A stretch of DNA of 64,000 nucleotides. Origin: a virus. Each line of letters starts with the position of its first letter. Positions within the stretch are counted from its first letter, which is position 1. Under the pieces are notes generated by a model. That model was not told the DNA's origin. It saw only the letters and a list, made by a program, of their open reading frames with translations, and ran no database searches. Shown in pieces: positions 54,445 through 64,000 of the stretch. The DNA is taken from the IMG/VR virus record IMGVR_UViG_641228504_000001; one strand, written 5' to 3'. The translations under genes and the position numbers were made by a program.

Positions 54445-55941
54445 TCAGTAGCCGGAGGTCGGGATCATGCCGGTGCCCGAGACGATCGAAATCGCCTTCG
54501 GTAGCCGGGTGGCCATGAACGCCGCGTACCGGTACACCTGGAAGCGGACCTGCAGCGTCCCCGACAGCACCTCGGTGAGGACACGGGTCTGGATCGCGCC
54601 CTCCCACAGGTACAGGTCGGAGGTGCGTAGCGTGATGATCCGCGTTTCGTCGGTGCCGGCGCCGAGGTTCTCCGGGATGTTGCCGTCGAGGATCACCGGT
54701 GTGCCGACGGTCAGTTTGCCGACCGGGCCCTCAGCGATTTCGCCGGTCTGTAAGGCCATGGGGTTGAACGGCGCCTCCTGTGACGGCTGGATCAGCGGCC
54801 GGTTTGTGGTATCGAGACCGGCAGTCGCCCAGAACCAGATCTTCGGCAACGCAAAGGTGGCTGTGGCGGGCCGCTTGCGGTTGGTGAAGATCTGGGAGAC
54901 CGACTGGACCCACGGCACGTACATCTCCGGCAGCGTCGGCGACGCGTCCGTGTAGGTGATCGCGTTCGGCGAGCTGACGTTGAGGATGCCGGTCGGCTGC
55001 CCGGCAGTCCCGGAGCCGTTGATCACGTACACGTCCTGCCGAACCGCGAGGTCGGCGAGTAGGTCGGCGAAGATGATTTCGTCGAAGCCCGGCGCCGGGG
55101 ACTGGTCGAGTAGCTGCATGGACGCGTCCTGCTGGCCGGCGACCGTGTAGACCGATGCGGACACGCTGGTATCGGTCATGTCGGTGCTGGTCACCGGGGC
55201 ACCATCGGCGGTCTGCGCGGCGGTTGACGTGCCGGTGGCGACCTTCGGCAGGTTCACGGAGTCGGTGCCGCCCGGCAGTGCCATGTTGCGCACGGCGTTG
55301 GCGATCGGCCGACCGAAGCGCGGCAGGTCGATGTACTGGTCGATCAGCCACAGCGGCGGCACGAAGTAGCCGCCCTGGCCGTCGGTCCGGTTCGGGTTGA
55401 CCCGCTTCTCGAACACGCGGCTGCGCTGCTCCTCGTGCCAGCGCTCGGCCGTGCCCATGCCGTCCATCTCCCGCTGGGCGCGCTCCTCGCGGCGCCGCTC
55501 CCGGGCGGGTAGTTCGACCCGTAGTTCGGCGGCGTGCCGCTGCAGGCGTTCCGCGGCGCTGGAGTCGGCGCGCAGTTGCGCCTTGGCCAGGTCGTGGAAG
55601 TAGGAGTTTCCGGAGCCGTTGCCGTACACCTGCGGCTCACTGGTGACCACGGCGCCGCCGGTGCGGTGCTCGCCCACCTGGCCGGACTCGGCGCGGGCGC
55701 CCGCCGCGACCTGCTCGCGGTGTTCGGTCTCCTCCGCCTCGCGGATCTGGCTATTCAGGCCGTCCTCGTCACCGTTGAGCTTGCGCAGCTGCTCGGTTCC
55801 CGCGACGAGGCGAGCCTGCTCGTCGTCGGTCAGGTCGCGGCTTGCCGACCGGGCGCCGCTGATGACGGCGTCGAGTTCGGCACGCAGCGCGGCCCGCCGC
55901 TCGCGCAGCTGGACAAGCTGCGCGCGAAGGTACTCCAACAT
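54445..55941 (-). CDS. Major capsid protein (copy 2)
   Basis: Copy of 19319-20815. Confidence 0.93.
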   Translation of the reverse strand: MLEYLRAQLVQLRERRAALRAELDAVISGARSASRDLTDDEQARLVAGTEQLRKLNGDEDGLNSQIREAEETEHREQVAAGARAESGQVGEHRTGGAVVTSEPQVYGNGSGNSYFHDLAKAQLRADSSAAERLQRHAAELRVELPARERRREERAQREMDGMGTAERWHEEQRSRVFEKRVNPNRTDGQGGYFVPPLWLIDQYIDLPRFGRPIANAVRNMALPGGTDSVNLPKVATGTSTAAQTADGAPVTSTDMTDTSVSASVYTVAGQQDASMQLLDQSPAPGFDEIIFADLLADLAVRQDVYVINGSGTAGQPTGILNVSSPNAITYTDASPTLPEMYVPWVQSVSQIFTNRKRPATATFALPKIWFWATAGLDTTNRPLIQPSQEAPFNPMALQTGEIAEGPVGKLTVGTPVILDGNIPENLGAGTDETRIITLRTSDLYLWEGAIQTRVLTEVLSGTLQVRFQVYRYAAFMATRLPKAISIVSGTGMIPTSGY

Positions 55942-56058
55942 GGAGGCCCCTTTCGGTTCGTTTGTTGAATGGGTCGCGCCCGCGTCGCGCGAGTGGTGCC
56001 GCCGAGTGGTGGCCTCATGTGGCTCCGGCTCGGGGTCCGGCTTGCCGTGCGGGCAAGA

Positions 56059-56724
56059 TCAGCCGAGAAGCGCGATCTCGGCTGCGAACAGCTCCAGCGC
56101 GGGGCCGAGCTGAGACTGGGGTGCGAGCCTGCGGCCGAGCCGCTCATACAGCTCGCGGGCGGCGGCCTCGTCCATCTGGTCGAGGTCCTGGGCGCGCACC
56201 GCCGCGGTCGTGGCCGGGTTCGCGCCGAAGTTGACCACCGACACGTCGCCGCGGTGGATGTCCACCTCGAGGATGTCGCGCTGGTCGTAGTCCGGGGACC
56301 ACTGGCTTTTCCCGGCCGGCACGCGGAACGCGAACGACATCTCGTCGACGTTGCCGTCGGCGAGCGCCGAGACCATGTCGCGCACGTCGGATCGGGTGGT
56401 GTTGACGTCAGCGGCGATGTGTAGGCCGGTAGAGTCCTCCGACAGGCGCAGCGTCCCGGCTCGGGTGTAGGCCATGGACAGGCCGCCGTGGTTAAGTAGC
56501 AGCTGAACTTGAGGATTCTCCGCCAGGGTCTTGGCGAACGCGCCGTTGCGGACCAGCTCGGTGTAGCTACCGAGGAAGTCGTACATCTCGTACGGAGCCT
56601 CGGTGACCGACGCGTAGCCCTCGATTCTGGCCTGCTCGGAGCCAGCCGCCCGGACCTCCAGTCGCACCGGGTACGCGCGGTGTTCGGTGCCGCCGCGGGT
56701 AGCCCGCTCAGCCTTACTTCGCAC
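56059..56724 (-). CDS. Prohead protease (copy 2)
   Basis: Copy of 20933-21598. Confidence 0.9.
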   Translation of the reverse strand: MRSKAERATRGGTEHRAYPVRLEVRAAGSEQARIEGYASVTEAPYEMYDFLGSYTELVRNGAFAKTLAENPQVQLLLNHGGLSMAYTRAGTLRLSEDSTGLHIAADVNTTRSDVRDMVSALADGNVDEMSFAFRVPAGKSQWSPDYDQRDILEVDIHRGDVSVVNFGANPATTAAVRAQDLDQMDEAAARELYERLGRRLAPQSQLGPALELFAAEIALLG

Positions 56725-57928
56725 TGGGGTCTCCCATCGGTTCGTTCGGGTCGGGATCGGCCGGCTGTTGAGTGGGCATCGACACGGCTGGTTGTTCGCC
56801 CCATGGCACGGGCGTCCAGTCCTCGTCGTCGCGCACCTCGTTGATCGCCCGCGCTTTGGTAGCAAGCTGAATCTGGTAGACGCGCCACCGGTCGAGCACG
56901 GTCGGCTCCAGCAGGGCGGAGCGATTGAGACGAGCACATTGACCACGCGGCAGCATCGAGCTGAGCACACGTTCGACCCGGCGCATCCACTTGTTCAGCG
57001 CGTACACCAACAGGTGCTGCGAGCGTCCCTCAACAGTGGAGTAGGTCAATGATCCGCCGGATTCGTAGCCGAGGATTTCGGCCATTCCCGGGCCGAAGAT
57101 CCGCGCGACCTGGGCCTGCGAGAACTTGTTGGTCTCCAGGAACTGGGACTCCTCGGGGTTGATCTGGATTGGCGTGTATTGCCAGTCCCCATCGATCACC
57201 ACGGGTTCACGGCCGCGGATCGCCGCCATGAACCGCTGTTTCGCGGTCGTCGCGCCATCGGGGCCTAGGTTGCGGGACTTCGACTGCATCACCGCCGACG
57301 GGTGGGCGCCTTCGGTAAACCAGTCGAGGCCGAAGCGGGTAGCGCTGAGCGTGAGACCGAGCGTGGCGGCCTGCTGCTGCACCGGCGACAGGCCCATCAG
57401 CCGACCGGGAACGGTGTGCACCCGGCGATGCCACATTTGCCCGGGCGGTATGTCGCCGCCGGCCACACGCCACACCGGACGGCCGCCCTCGTCGTACCAG
57501 CCGGCTACCGAGTCCGGGTGTAGCAGTTGGATCTGTGTCGGCCAGGCGCTGTCGGAGTCACGCGACCAGCCGAGTACCCGCCCGTTGATGTTGCCGCGCA
57601 GCACCCACGACATGAGTAGCTGCGAGATCCAGTCCTCAACGCCGTACCCCTCGCCACCCGGGTCCTGCAGGTACGACGGCACCGCAAGGATCTTCTTGCC
57701 GGCTCCGGACCCACGGAGCACGTCGATCGGCAGCTCGGAGACGAGCGAACAGATCAGGTCGGCGGCCGACCACATGGCCACTGTCTGCAAGCTCACCTCA
57801 GATGAGGCGGTCAGCGCGGCCAGCGAGTTACGGGCGCCGGCGGCCGGCGACACAGGCGCGGTGGATGCCCAGGACGTGATCGAGAAGCCGTTGAGGCGGC
57901 GCTCGGTCTGACGGAACCAGATCCCCAT
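56714..57928 (-). CDS. Portal (copy 2)
   Basis: Copy of 21588-22802. Confidence 0.92.
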   Translation of the reverse strand: MGIWFRQTERRLNGFSITSWASTAPVSPAAGARNSLAALTASSEVSLQTVAMWSAADLICSLVSELPIDVLRGSGAGKKILAVPSYLQDPGGEGYGVEDWISQLLMSWVLRGNINGRVLGWSRDSDSAWPTQIQLLHPDSVAGWYDEGGRPVWRVAGGDIPPGQMWHRRVHTVPGRLMGLSPVQQQAATLGLTLSATRFGLDWFTEGAHPSAVMQSKSRNLGPDGATTAKQRFMAAIRGREPVVIDGDWQYTPIQINPEESQFLETNKFSQAQVARIFGPGMAEILGYESGGSLTYSTVEGRSQHLLVYALNKWMRRVERVLSSMLPRGQCARLNRSALLEPTVLDRWRVYQIQLATKARAINEVRDDEDWTPVPWGEQPAVSMPTQQPADPDPNEPMGDPSAK

Positions 57929-58140
57929 CAGACCCGCCGATCCAGGGCCCACAGCACGGCCCCGGCGAAGATGACGCCGAGCGGCCGATAGACCATCCAC
58001 AGGCCGCCGGCCACGAGCAGCGGCCCGGCCACGCCGGGCAGGCTCCGACCGACCAGCCGGACGGCCGTGCCGGCTGCGGCGGCGACCCATCCCATTACGG
58101 CGTCCCAACGAGGACGTAGCGCAGCCGTCAGCACCGTCAC
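57928..58140 (-). CDS. Small membrane protein (copy 2)
   Basis: Copy of 22802-23014. Confidence 0.65.
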   Translation of the reverse strand: MTVLTAALRPRWDAVMGWVAAAAGTAVRLVGRSLPGVAGPLLVAGGLWMVYRPLGVIFAGAVLWALDRRV

Positions 58141-58150
58141 CGGTTCCCCC

Positions 58151-59692
58151 TCACCAGACCCCCACCGGGTCCTGCCTCTTGCTGGTGCCCACGTCGGCGC
58201 GGGCGTAGTACGCCCATCGGGCCTCGGTGACCGCGACCAGGCCGGTGATGTCGACCGCCCGGTCCTGCCGCGCCCACGCAACCGCATCGCCGGTGCGCCT
58301 GGTCTTCGCCGTCGCCACCGCAGCGTCGAGCTGGGCGGCCGGCACGTACCGCAGGTCGGCCTGCCGGGTCGCGTCGAGCATCTGCCCACACGCGGCGGCC
58401 ATGTCGGCGCCACCAAGCACCACCAGATCGCCGCGGCGAGGTTCCTTGTCCTCGTCACGGTCCTCGGGCCGTTCGATACCCCGGGCCCGCAGGTCCTCCC
58501 TCAGAGAGGCGTGGGTGCCTCGGGCCATTCCGACCGCGACCGGGTCAAGCGCCGACCGGAACTCGGCGATCTTGTCGACGAGCCCGGCGACCGGACCGTA
58601 GTAGACCAGCTGCAGATGCCCGAGGCCGTCAGCGCGATGCCCGTACAGTCCAATGGCCGCCCAGTCCCGCTCCGGGGCGATGTCAACAGCGATCGCCACA
58701 ACGCCCTCGCGCCGCGATTCCGGGTCGGCCAGCTGCCGCCAGGTCGCCTGGTCGATTGCCGCCCCGGTCTCCAACTCCGAATACACGCCGAGGCGTTCGC
58801 GCAGGAACTGCGCGACACCAGTAGCGCGAACCTCACGCAGAATCGACGACTCGAAGATTCGCACCCCGAACGCCCGGTTGGCCTCGGCCACCGCGGCGAA
58901 CAACCGGCCGCGCAGCGCCCGGCCCTCAGTGGTGTCCTCGGCCTCGTCCGACAACGCCTTGTTCGCCTCGACCAGCGTAAACAGGTCGTCGTAGCGGCCG
59001 GACGCCGACCACTCGTAGTAGACCAGACCACGCGTGCCGCGCCGGCCGCGTGTGACCACCTCGCGCAGCACCTCGGAGCCGCCGAGCGGCGCCGAGGACA
59101 TGTACCACACCTGCGGGTTCGCCGCCGCGGACGTCGCGTACACGATCGCCGCTACCTGCTCGGCCGTCAACGCGAACGCCTCGTCGAGGAACAGCGGACT
59201 CACGCCGGCGAAACCCCGACCCGAACCGCCGGACCGGGCCAGGAACGCCAGGGTCTGCCCGGTTTTGAGAATGATCTCCGTCGAATGGGTCGACGACCGG
59301 ATCGTGCGAACCCGCTTACGCAGATGATCGAAGTTGTCGAAGTAGCCGCGCATCCGCACGAAGCCCTGATGCGCGGTCTTAAACTCGTGCGCCGTCCAGA
59401 CAATCAGCGGCTCCTTGACCAGCAGCAAGCCGGCCAGCGCCCGAACCTCAAGGTCGACGCCCTTACCATTCTGCCGCGGCTCGAGGTCGGCGACCTCGCT
59501 CGCAAGCCACTTACCGTCAGCGCCCCGGGCGAGCCCATCGTGGATAATCGCTGCCTGGCCCTCATCGAGCCGGACACCGACGGTGGCCGCCAGGTCGACG
59601 GCCTCCGGCCCCCAGCTACCGGCCGCCCCCTGCGGCACGGTCCGGAACCGGGGCGTCTGTGATCCGATCGGCACCGCGCCGGCTGAGTTCAT
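58151..59692 (-). CDS. Terminase large subunit (copy 2)
   Basis: Copy of 23025-24566. Confidence 0.92.
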   Translation of the reverse strand: MNSAGAVPIGSQTPRFRTVPQGAAGSWGPEAVDLAATVGVRLDEGQAAIIHDGLARGADGKWLASEVADLEPRQNGKGVDLEVRALAGLLLVKEPLIVWTAHEFKTAHQGFVRMRGYFDNFDHLRKRVRTIRSSTHSTEIILKTGQTLAFLARSGGSGRGFAGVSPLFLDEAFALTAEQVAAIVYATSAAANPQVWYMSSAPLGGSEVLREVVTRGRRGTRGLVYYEWSASGRYDDLFTLVEANKALSDEAEDTTEGRALRGRLFAAVAEANRAFGVRIFESSILREVRATGVAQFLRERLGVYSELETGAAIDQATWRQLADPESRREGVVAIAVDIAPERDWAAIGLYGHRADGLGHLQLVYYGPVAGLVDKIAEFRSALDPVAVGMARGTHASLREDLRARGIERPEDRDEDKEPRRGDLVVLGGADMAAACGQMLDATRQADLRYVPAAQLDAAVATAKTRRTGDAVAWARQDRAVDITGLVAVTEARWAYYARADVGTSKRQDPVGVW

Positions 59693-59912
59693 CGATCGGA
59701 TCAGCCTCCCCCGGCACCCTGTCGGCCATCGTGCGCAACTCGGCAAGCACGACCCGGATCTCCTTGGCTACAGCAGCGCAATCGCGGGCCCCGCAACCGG
59801 CGTCGAGGGTGTCAGCCAAGTTCCGGGCGACCGCGGCCAAGGCGCTATCCCGCACCGCCGGCGGCATCTCACCTAGGTCTGCCTCAAGGGCATCACGAAC
59901 ACTCATTGTCAC
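59616..59912 (-). CDS. Terminase small subunit (copy 2)
   Basis: Copy of 24490-24786. Confidence 0.65.
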   Translation of the reverse strand: MTMSVRDALEADLGEMPPAVRDSALAAVARNLADTLDAGCGARDCAAVAKEIRVVLAELRTMADRVPGEADPIDELSRRGADRITDAPVPDRAAGGGR

Positions 59913-60051
59913 CCCTCACCCTGAGTCACCAGTCACCGTGAGTAGTGGACGGCTTGGGCTTATTCACCCCCGCACACAAGTGAGGAACAAGGCGGCGGGT
60001 GTTCCGCTTGCCCCTGCTCAAAAAATCTTGGCTTGCAAACCTATGACCTGC

Positions 60052-60357
60052 TCAAATACAGCTCGGGTCAATGCTCAGTGGTTGTCTCTCAATCACTGGC
60101 CTTCGGTTGCGCTCCTGGTTGCAGCATCGCGCACGCCCTGTAGTGGGACTTACGCAGACTGGGCACGGGCTGTTACTGCCGTGCGATGGGCGAAGATTGG
60201 CCACATCATACGGTGACCCTCCGTCGCTTAGCCTGGTTATGTGGTCTACCTCGTGGGCCTCTGGGTGTCCGCACCAGTGACAGTCAGTGCCCCATGCCCG
60301 GAAGGTTGCTATGCGCGCACGCTGCCATGGCCGGCGTGATTGGCGTGGGTCCACCAT
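60052..60357 (-). CDS. HNH endonuclease (copy 2)
   Basis: Copy of 24926-25231. Confidence 0.88.
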   Translation of the reverse strand: MVDPRQSRRPWQRARIATFRAWGTDCHWCGHPEAHEVDHITRLSDGGSPYDVANLRPSHGSNSPCPVCVSPTTGRARCCNQERNRRPVIERQPLSIDPSCI

Positions 60358-60396
60358 GAGCTACCTCCACCGGGCACGCGCCGCAGAAGCAGGAAG

Positions 60397-61539
60397 TCAC
60401 CGCACGTAGCTGAGACCGTCGAAGCTGAGGGAGAACGCGCCGGCCTGGGTGCGGCGTACCACGATGTCACCGGTGGAGGCCATCACCTCGCAGGGGGCGG
60501 CGATACCACCGGTGGTGGGCACCGACAGCAGTTGGCTGTGGGTGGGTGCGTGGCCGGTGGGCAGGGTGGCCACCACATGCCCCGAGGTGGTGCCACTGGA
60601 GGTAACAGCGATCCTGCCGCGCAGCCAACTGCGGTCGTCGCTTTCCTGGCGCACGGCCAGGGACGCGACGCCGGTACTGGTGTCCTCGCTGTACCGGCCG
60701 GTCGCGTCGGGGTCGACGGCGGTGATGGCCTGCCAGGCGTACAGGCTGGTTTGGATCCGCCCGTCCTGGTCGATCCCACCGGTGGTGACACGCTGGTCGG
60801 CGCCGTCGCGGCGCTCGAAGCGAAGGAGAACCCCTGTAGCTGCGGCGTAGGAGCCGATGAGGGTGATGAGGTGGTCGTAGCCGAACCCGCCGGGCTGCTG
60901 CTCGGCCCGGTAACGCAGGGCCTCATTGAGCCACGCGGCGAGTCTGAGCTGCCCGCCGATGGTGATGTGTCCCTCGGCGAGGTTGACGGCGCTGCCACCG
61001 GGCACGTCGCTGAAACGCACCGACAGCAGCGGGGCGGTCAGTGCGGTGGATGGGCCCACGTAGGCCCGCGGCGTGTAGGTGCCGGACAGGTCAGGCACCT
61101 GCCCGGCGGGCAGCAGCGCACTGCCGTCGAGGGGCCCGGCCGGGCCGGTGGCAGTGCCGACCGACGCTTTGGTGACGTAGGTACTCGCCGGGTCCGGCGC
61201 CGTGGTGGTCGTCGGCACCAGGTCGGCGAGGCTCGCGGGCGGGCCGGCGGGGATAGCGATGTCCGCCCGGTACCGCCAGGCGGTGGTGTCCACGTCGAGC
61301 GTGTACGCCCACCCGGACGGCGACCAGTCACCATCGTCGGCGACGGGCACGGTCAAGCTGTACGCGCCGGCGGCGTCGAGTGTGGCCGTGTGCGCGCCAG
61401 GCTGGATCGTCACATCGTCGGCGGGGCCTTGTAGAGGGACGGCCCGGGTCAGCCGGATGGTGCCGGCGGCCGGGTTGCCGTCGGCGGTGAGGATGACACC
61501 GGTGATGGTGCGGGTGCCGAGACTCGCCGGATACGTCAC
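60397..61539 (-). CDS. Tail-fibre-like protein (copy 2)
   Basis: Copy of 25271-26413. Confidence 0.6.
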   Translation of the reverse strand: MTYPASLGTRTITGVILTADGNPAAGTIRLTRAVPLQGPADDVTIQPGAHTATLDAAGAYSLTVPVADDGDWSPSGWAYTLDVDTTAWRYRADIAIPAGPPASLADLVPTTTTAPDPASTYVTKASVGTATGPAGPLDGSALLPAGQVPDLSGTYTPRAYVGPSTALTAPLLSVRFSDVPGGSAVNLAEGHITIGGQLRLAAWLNEALRYRAEQQPGGFGYDHLITLIGSYAAATGVLLRFERRDGADQRVTTGGIDQDGRIQTSLYAWQAITAVDPDATGRYSEDTSTGVASLAVRQESDDRSWLRGRIAVTSSGTTSGHVVATLPTGHAPTHSQLLSVPTTGGIAAPCEVMASTGDIVVRRTQAGAFSLSFDGLSYVR

Positions 61540-61704
61540 GACCGCCCCCTGTACTGGTGTGTGGTGTGCGGGCAGGCCATCCCAGCCTGTGACCTGCCCG
61601 CACCCCCCTCGCGCGTCCCGGTCCTGGGTACGCGAAAGCCCGGCGCCACTGAGTGGACTACCGGGCTGTGGGCACACTCCGCCTAGTGGGAGTGACTGAT
61701 CAAA

Positions 61705-62019
61705 TCATGCGGCAGTAAGCGGGATGGCGTCAAGCTGACGTGCCCGACCGCGGTTTGACAGCCGCTTGTTGCGCTCGATGGTCGCGGCGTCGTCGAGGGC
61801 GTGGTAGACGCTGCGGGCGAAGCGGTAGCAGGTCAGGCCGTCACGTCGCCGCCAGTTGACCACCATGGCCTCGGAAACGTCCCCGAGGTATCCGAGGTGG
61901 TGGGCGATCTGCGCGGCGGTGCCGTAGTGGCGGCCGTCGCGCTCGATGAGTGGTGCAGTGCCGGTGCATGTGCCGTTGGCGGGCAGGTGGGCGCGGCAGG
62001 TCGGGCAGCGGTCGCTCAC
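61705..62019 (-). CDS. Small HTH protein (copy 2)
   Basis: Copy of 26579-26893. Confidence 0.55.
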   Translation of the reverse strand: MSDRCPTCRAHLPANGTCTGTAPLIERDGRHYGTAAQIAHHLGYLGDVSEAMVVNWRRRDGLTCYRFARSVYHALDDAATIERNKRLSNRGRARQLDAIPLTAA

Positions 62020-62657
62020 GCGTACCCCGCATCTCTGACCACGCTGAGGACGCCTGCCCGTGGCCAGATGTGCCGTACGCCCTCCAGGCCGCCGGGGCAT
62101 CGACAGCCGGGGGTGTGTCGGCAGTCGGCGGCGCAGACGACGGTGCGGGCGGCGGCGGGTCCGACGGTGGCCGCCTCGAGGCTGCGGCGCCGGCATCCGG
62201 GGCAGTCGCCGGGTATCCGCGTGCGGTAGGGCGGCTGGTTGAGCCAGCCGCGGGCCAGCTCGTCCTCGTCGCTCAGGTGCAGGGCGAGGAGGCCGAGGGC
62301 TCGGGGTGGCAGGGTGAGGGCGGGTAGGGCGGTGAGGATGCGCTCCAGCGGATCGGGTCCGGCCGGGAGCCGGTACATGTCGGCGAGCCAGGTCAGCCGG
62401 CCGGTCAGGCGTCGGATGCGCTGCGCCCACGTCTGCACAAGCGGTGGGGGCCGGTCGGCGGTCAGTGTGGCGACAGGGTCGGCGTGTCCGCCGATCGGGT
62501 GGATGGTGCCGTGGATGGGGCTACGCAGGATCGGCGCGGCGGCGGTGAGGGTGTCACCTCGCTGCCGGGCCTCGGCGGCAGCGAGCGCGCCCAGTTGCTG
62601 CATGGCGGTGTGGATGGACCAGGCGGTGGCGGTGGCGTGTAGGTGGTGCGGTGTCAC
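62016..62657 (-). CDS. Zn-ribbon hypothetical (copy 2)
   Basis: Copy of 26890-27531. Confidence 0.65.
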   Translation of the reverse strand: MTPHHLHATATAWSIHTAMQQLGALAAAEARQRGDTLTAAAPILRSPIHGTIHPIGGHADPVATLTADRPPPLVQTWAQRIRRLTGRLTWLADMYRLPAGPDPLERILTALPALTLPPRALGLLALHLSDEDELARGWLNQPPYRTRIPGDCPGCRRRSLEAATVGPAAARTVVCAADCRHTPGCRCPGGLEGVRHIWPRAGVLSVVRDAGYA

Positions 62658-62761
62658 TGGGCGACCTTTCGGCGAGGGTCCACAGCAACGACGGGCGTAG
62701 GTGGCATGTTGACTACCGCCAGTACGGTGCGATGGGTCCGTGTGGATGGGTGGAGGTGCCG

Positions 62762-63172
62762 GTGGTCCGACGCGTGACGGCCTCGGTTGTCGGGGTCATC
62801 GTGGGCCTGGCGGCCACGTGGCTGATCGTCGTCGCTGTCCAGGGCAGGCCTACGCCGGACACGGTGTGGGGGCCTCGGCCTCCGACCCCAGCGGCGCACC
62901 AGACCGTGTTCGGGGTGGTGTCGTTGATGTGGTCCGCTGGGTGTGAGGGCGGGCAGGTGATCGCCGAGGAGCCGGGTGTCCACGAGGTGGGGATGTGCAC
63001 CATCGACGGCCACGAGGTAGCGGCGGCGGTTTTTGCCGACGAGGGCGAGCGCGACGAGTGGGTGAGCCATATGGCTGGGATCGGTAGTGTCACGGCCACC
63101 GGTAGTCGGTGGGCTGTCGCCGGTGATGAGGCGGCGGGGGTGGAGGCGTTCGCTGCCGCCGTGCCGCGCTGA
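62762..63172 (+). CDS. Membrane-anchored moron (copy 2)
   Basis: Copy of 27636-28046. Confidence 0.6.
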   Translation: MVRRVTASVVGVIVGLAATWLIVVAVQGRPTPDTVWGPRPPTPAAHQTVFGVVSLMWSAGCEGGQVIAEEPGVHEVGMCTIDGHEVAAAVFADEGERDEWVSHMAGIGSVTATGSRWAVAGDEAAGVEAFAAAVPR

Positions 63173-63239
63173 TCCCGGCGCCGTTGGGGCGCGCGTTGTT
63201 GCCGCCGGGCGCTGGTGCTGCCGGCCTGCCAGCTGCTAC

Positions 63240-63431
63240 TCACGGCGCGGCCTCGGGATATTGGATGCGCCAGGTCGGGTGGTGGGCGGTGGACCGGGTG
63301 TCGCCGGCGAGGCGGACGCGGAGTCGGGCGCCGTCGGTGCTGGTGATGGTGCCGGGCCTGCCGTTGGCGATGACGCGGACACCGCGTTTGGCGGGGACGC
63401 CGTAGTGACGGCGGATGTAGGCCATGCTCAC
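63240..63431 (-). CDS. Small conserved phage protein (copy 2)
   Basis: Copy of 28114-28305. Confidence 0.65.
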   Translation of the reverse strand: MSMAYIRRHYGVPAKRGVRVIANGRPGTITSTDGARLRVRLAGDTRSTAHHPTWRIQYPEAAP

Positions 63432-64000
63432 TGGTCGCTCCTCAGGTGGGCGGCGGGTTGAGATCCACTGTGAGCGGTTGGGAGGGCGCCACCCACGCCC
63501 ACACTCGCGCCGGGGTCTCCAGGCGACCGTGTGTGGCTCTCAGCGGGCTCGGTGGTGTCCTGCTCGCGGCCGGTGGCGGGGGTGCTGTGGTCTGGGCAGA
63601 GCACCGTGAGGCCGCGGAGGCGCATCCAGCCGCGGTCCTGTGGGCCGACGTCTGCGCGGTAGGTGCGCGGGCACCCCGGGTAGACGCAGCGGCGGATCAG
63701 GGTCTCCGCGGTGCCTTCCGACGCGTGGGCTTCGGCGGTGGTGATGAGGGCGACCAGGTGGCGGGCGATGCCGTCGTACTCGTCGGTGACGGCGGTGGCG
63801 TAGTAGGCGTCCCAGCGGTCATGCCAGCCCTCCAGGAGGTCACGGATGACCTCCACGCGGTCGTCGTCGGTGCGGGCGGCGGTGAACTCCGCCGTGGAGT
63901 GGTCGAGGAACGCCTGCATGCCGATTGGGGGGTATGTGGTGTCGTGGTCCCGCTCGGGGCCTACGCGGGCCTGTGCGTGGCTCTCAGCGGGCGGCACGGC
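63428..64000 (-). CDS. Hypothetical mosaic protein, 5' end outside window (copy 2)
   Basis: Partial copy of 28302-29186. Confidence 0.6.
   Translation of the reverse strand, partial: AVPPAESHAQARVGPERDHDTTYPPIGMQAFLDHSTAEFTAARTDDDRVEVIRDLLEGWHDRWDAYYATAVTDEYDGIARHLVALITTAEAHASEGTAETLIRRCVYPGCPRTYRADVGPQDRGWMRLRGLTVLCPDHSTPATGREQDTTEPAESHTRSPGDPGASVGVGGALPTAHSGSQPAAHLRSDQ

Larger units (their letters stand above)
40424..64000. mobile_element. Prophage copy 2 (tandem, runs past window end)
   Basis: All ORF translations match copy 1 at offset +35,126. Confidence 0.95.

Overview
High-GC actinobacterial DNA; the gene families suggest Micromonosporaceae (Salinispora/Micromonospora), which is an inference. 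Most of the window is a 35,126-bp temperate siphovirus-like prophage (5298-40423) followed head-to-tail by a second copy (40424 to beyond the window end) whose ORF translations all match. Each copy starts with a 45-bp core equal to the 3' half of a tRNA(CAT), probably Ile2, and the junction at 40424 is a reconstituted attP. The prophage has HK97-like head, non-contractile tail, lysis, primase-helicase replication, repressor/Xis/antirepressor and tyrosine integrase modules. Left of 5298 is a second integrated element with its own tyrosine recombinase. It carries an inverted homolog of the prophage accessory module (XRE-TPR-like regulator, four microproteins, tandem dead-resolvase-like protein) but with a very different regulator allele. 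The strongest candidate for a new system is a 1.2-kb islet (9573-10808; copy at 44699-45934) with no cas genes. It has two mini-arrays of type I-E-like CRISPR repeats: one with a 15-nt hairpin spacer and its own promoter, one with a 32-nt partly palindromic spacer. Each is capped by a terminator, and they bracket an HTH gene with CTATAG operators and an orphan Phd/YefM-domain gene. This suggests a CRISPR-mimic (Racr-like, Cascade-hijacking or regulatory) module. A predicted +1 (not -1) tail-chaperone frameshift at ACC_UUU_CGA is also notable.
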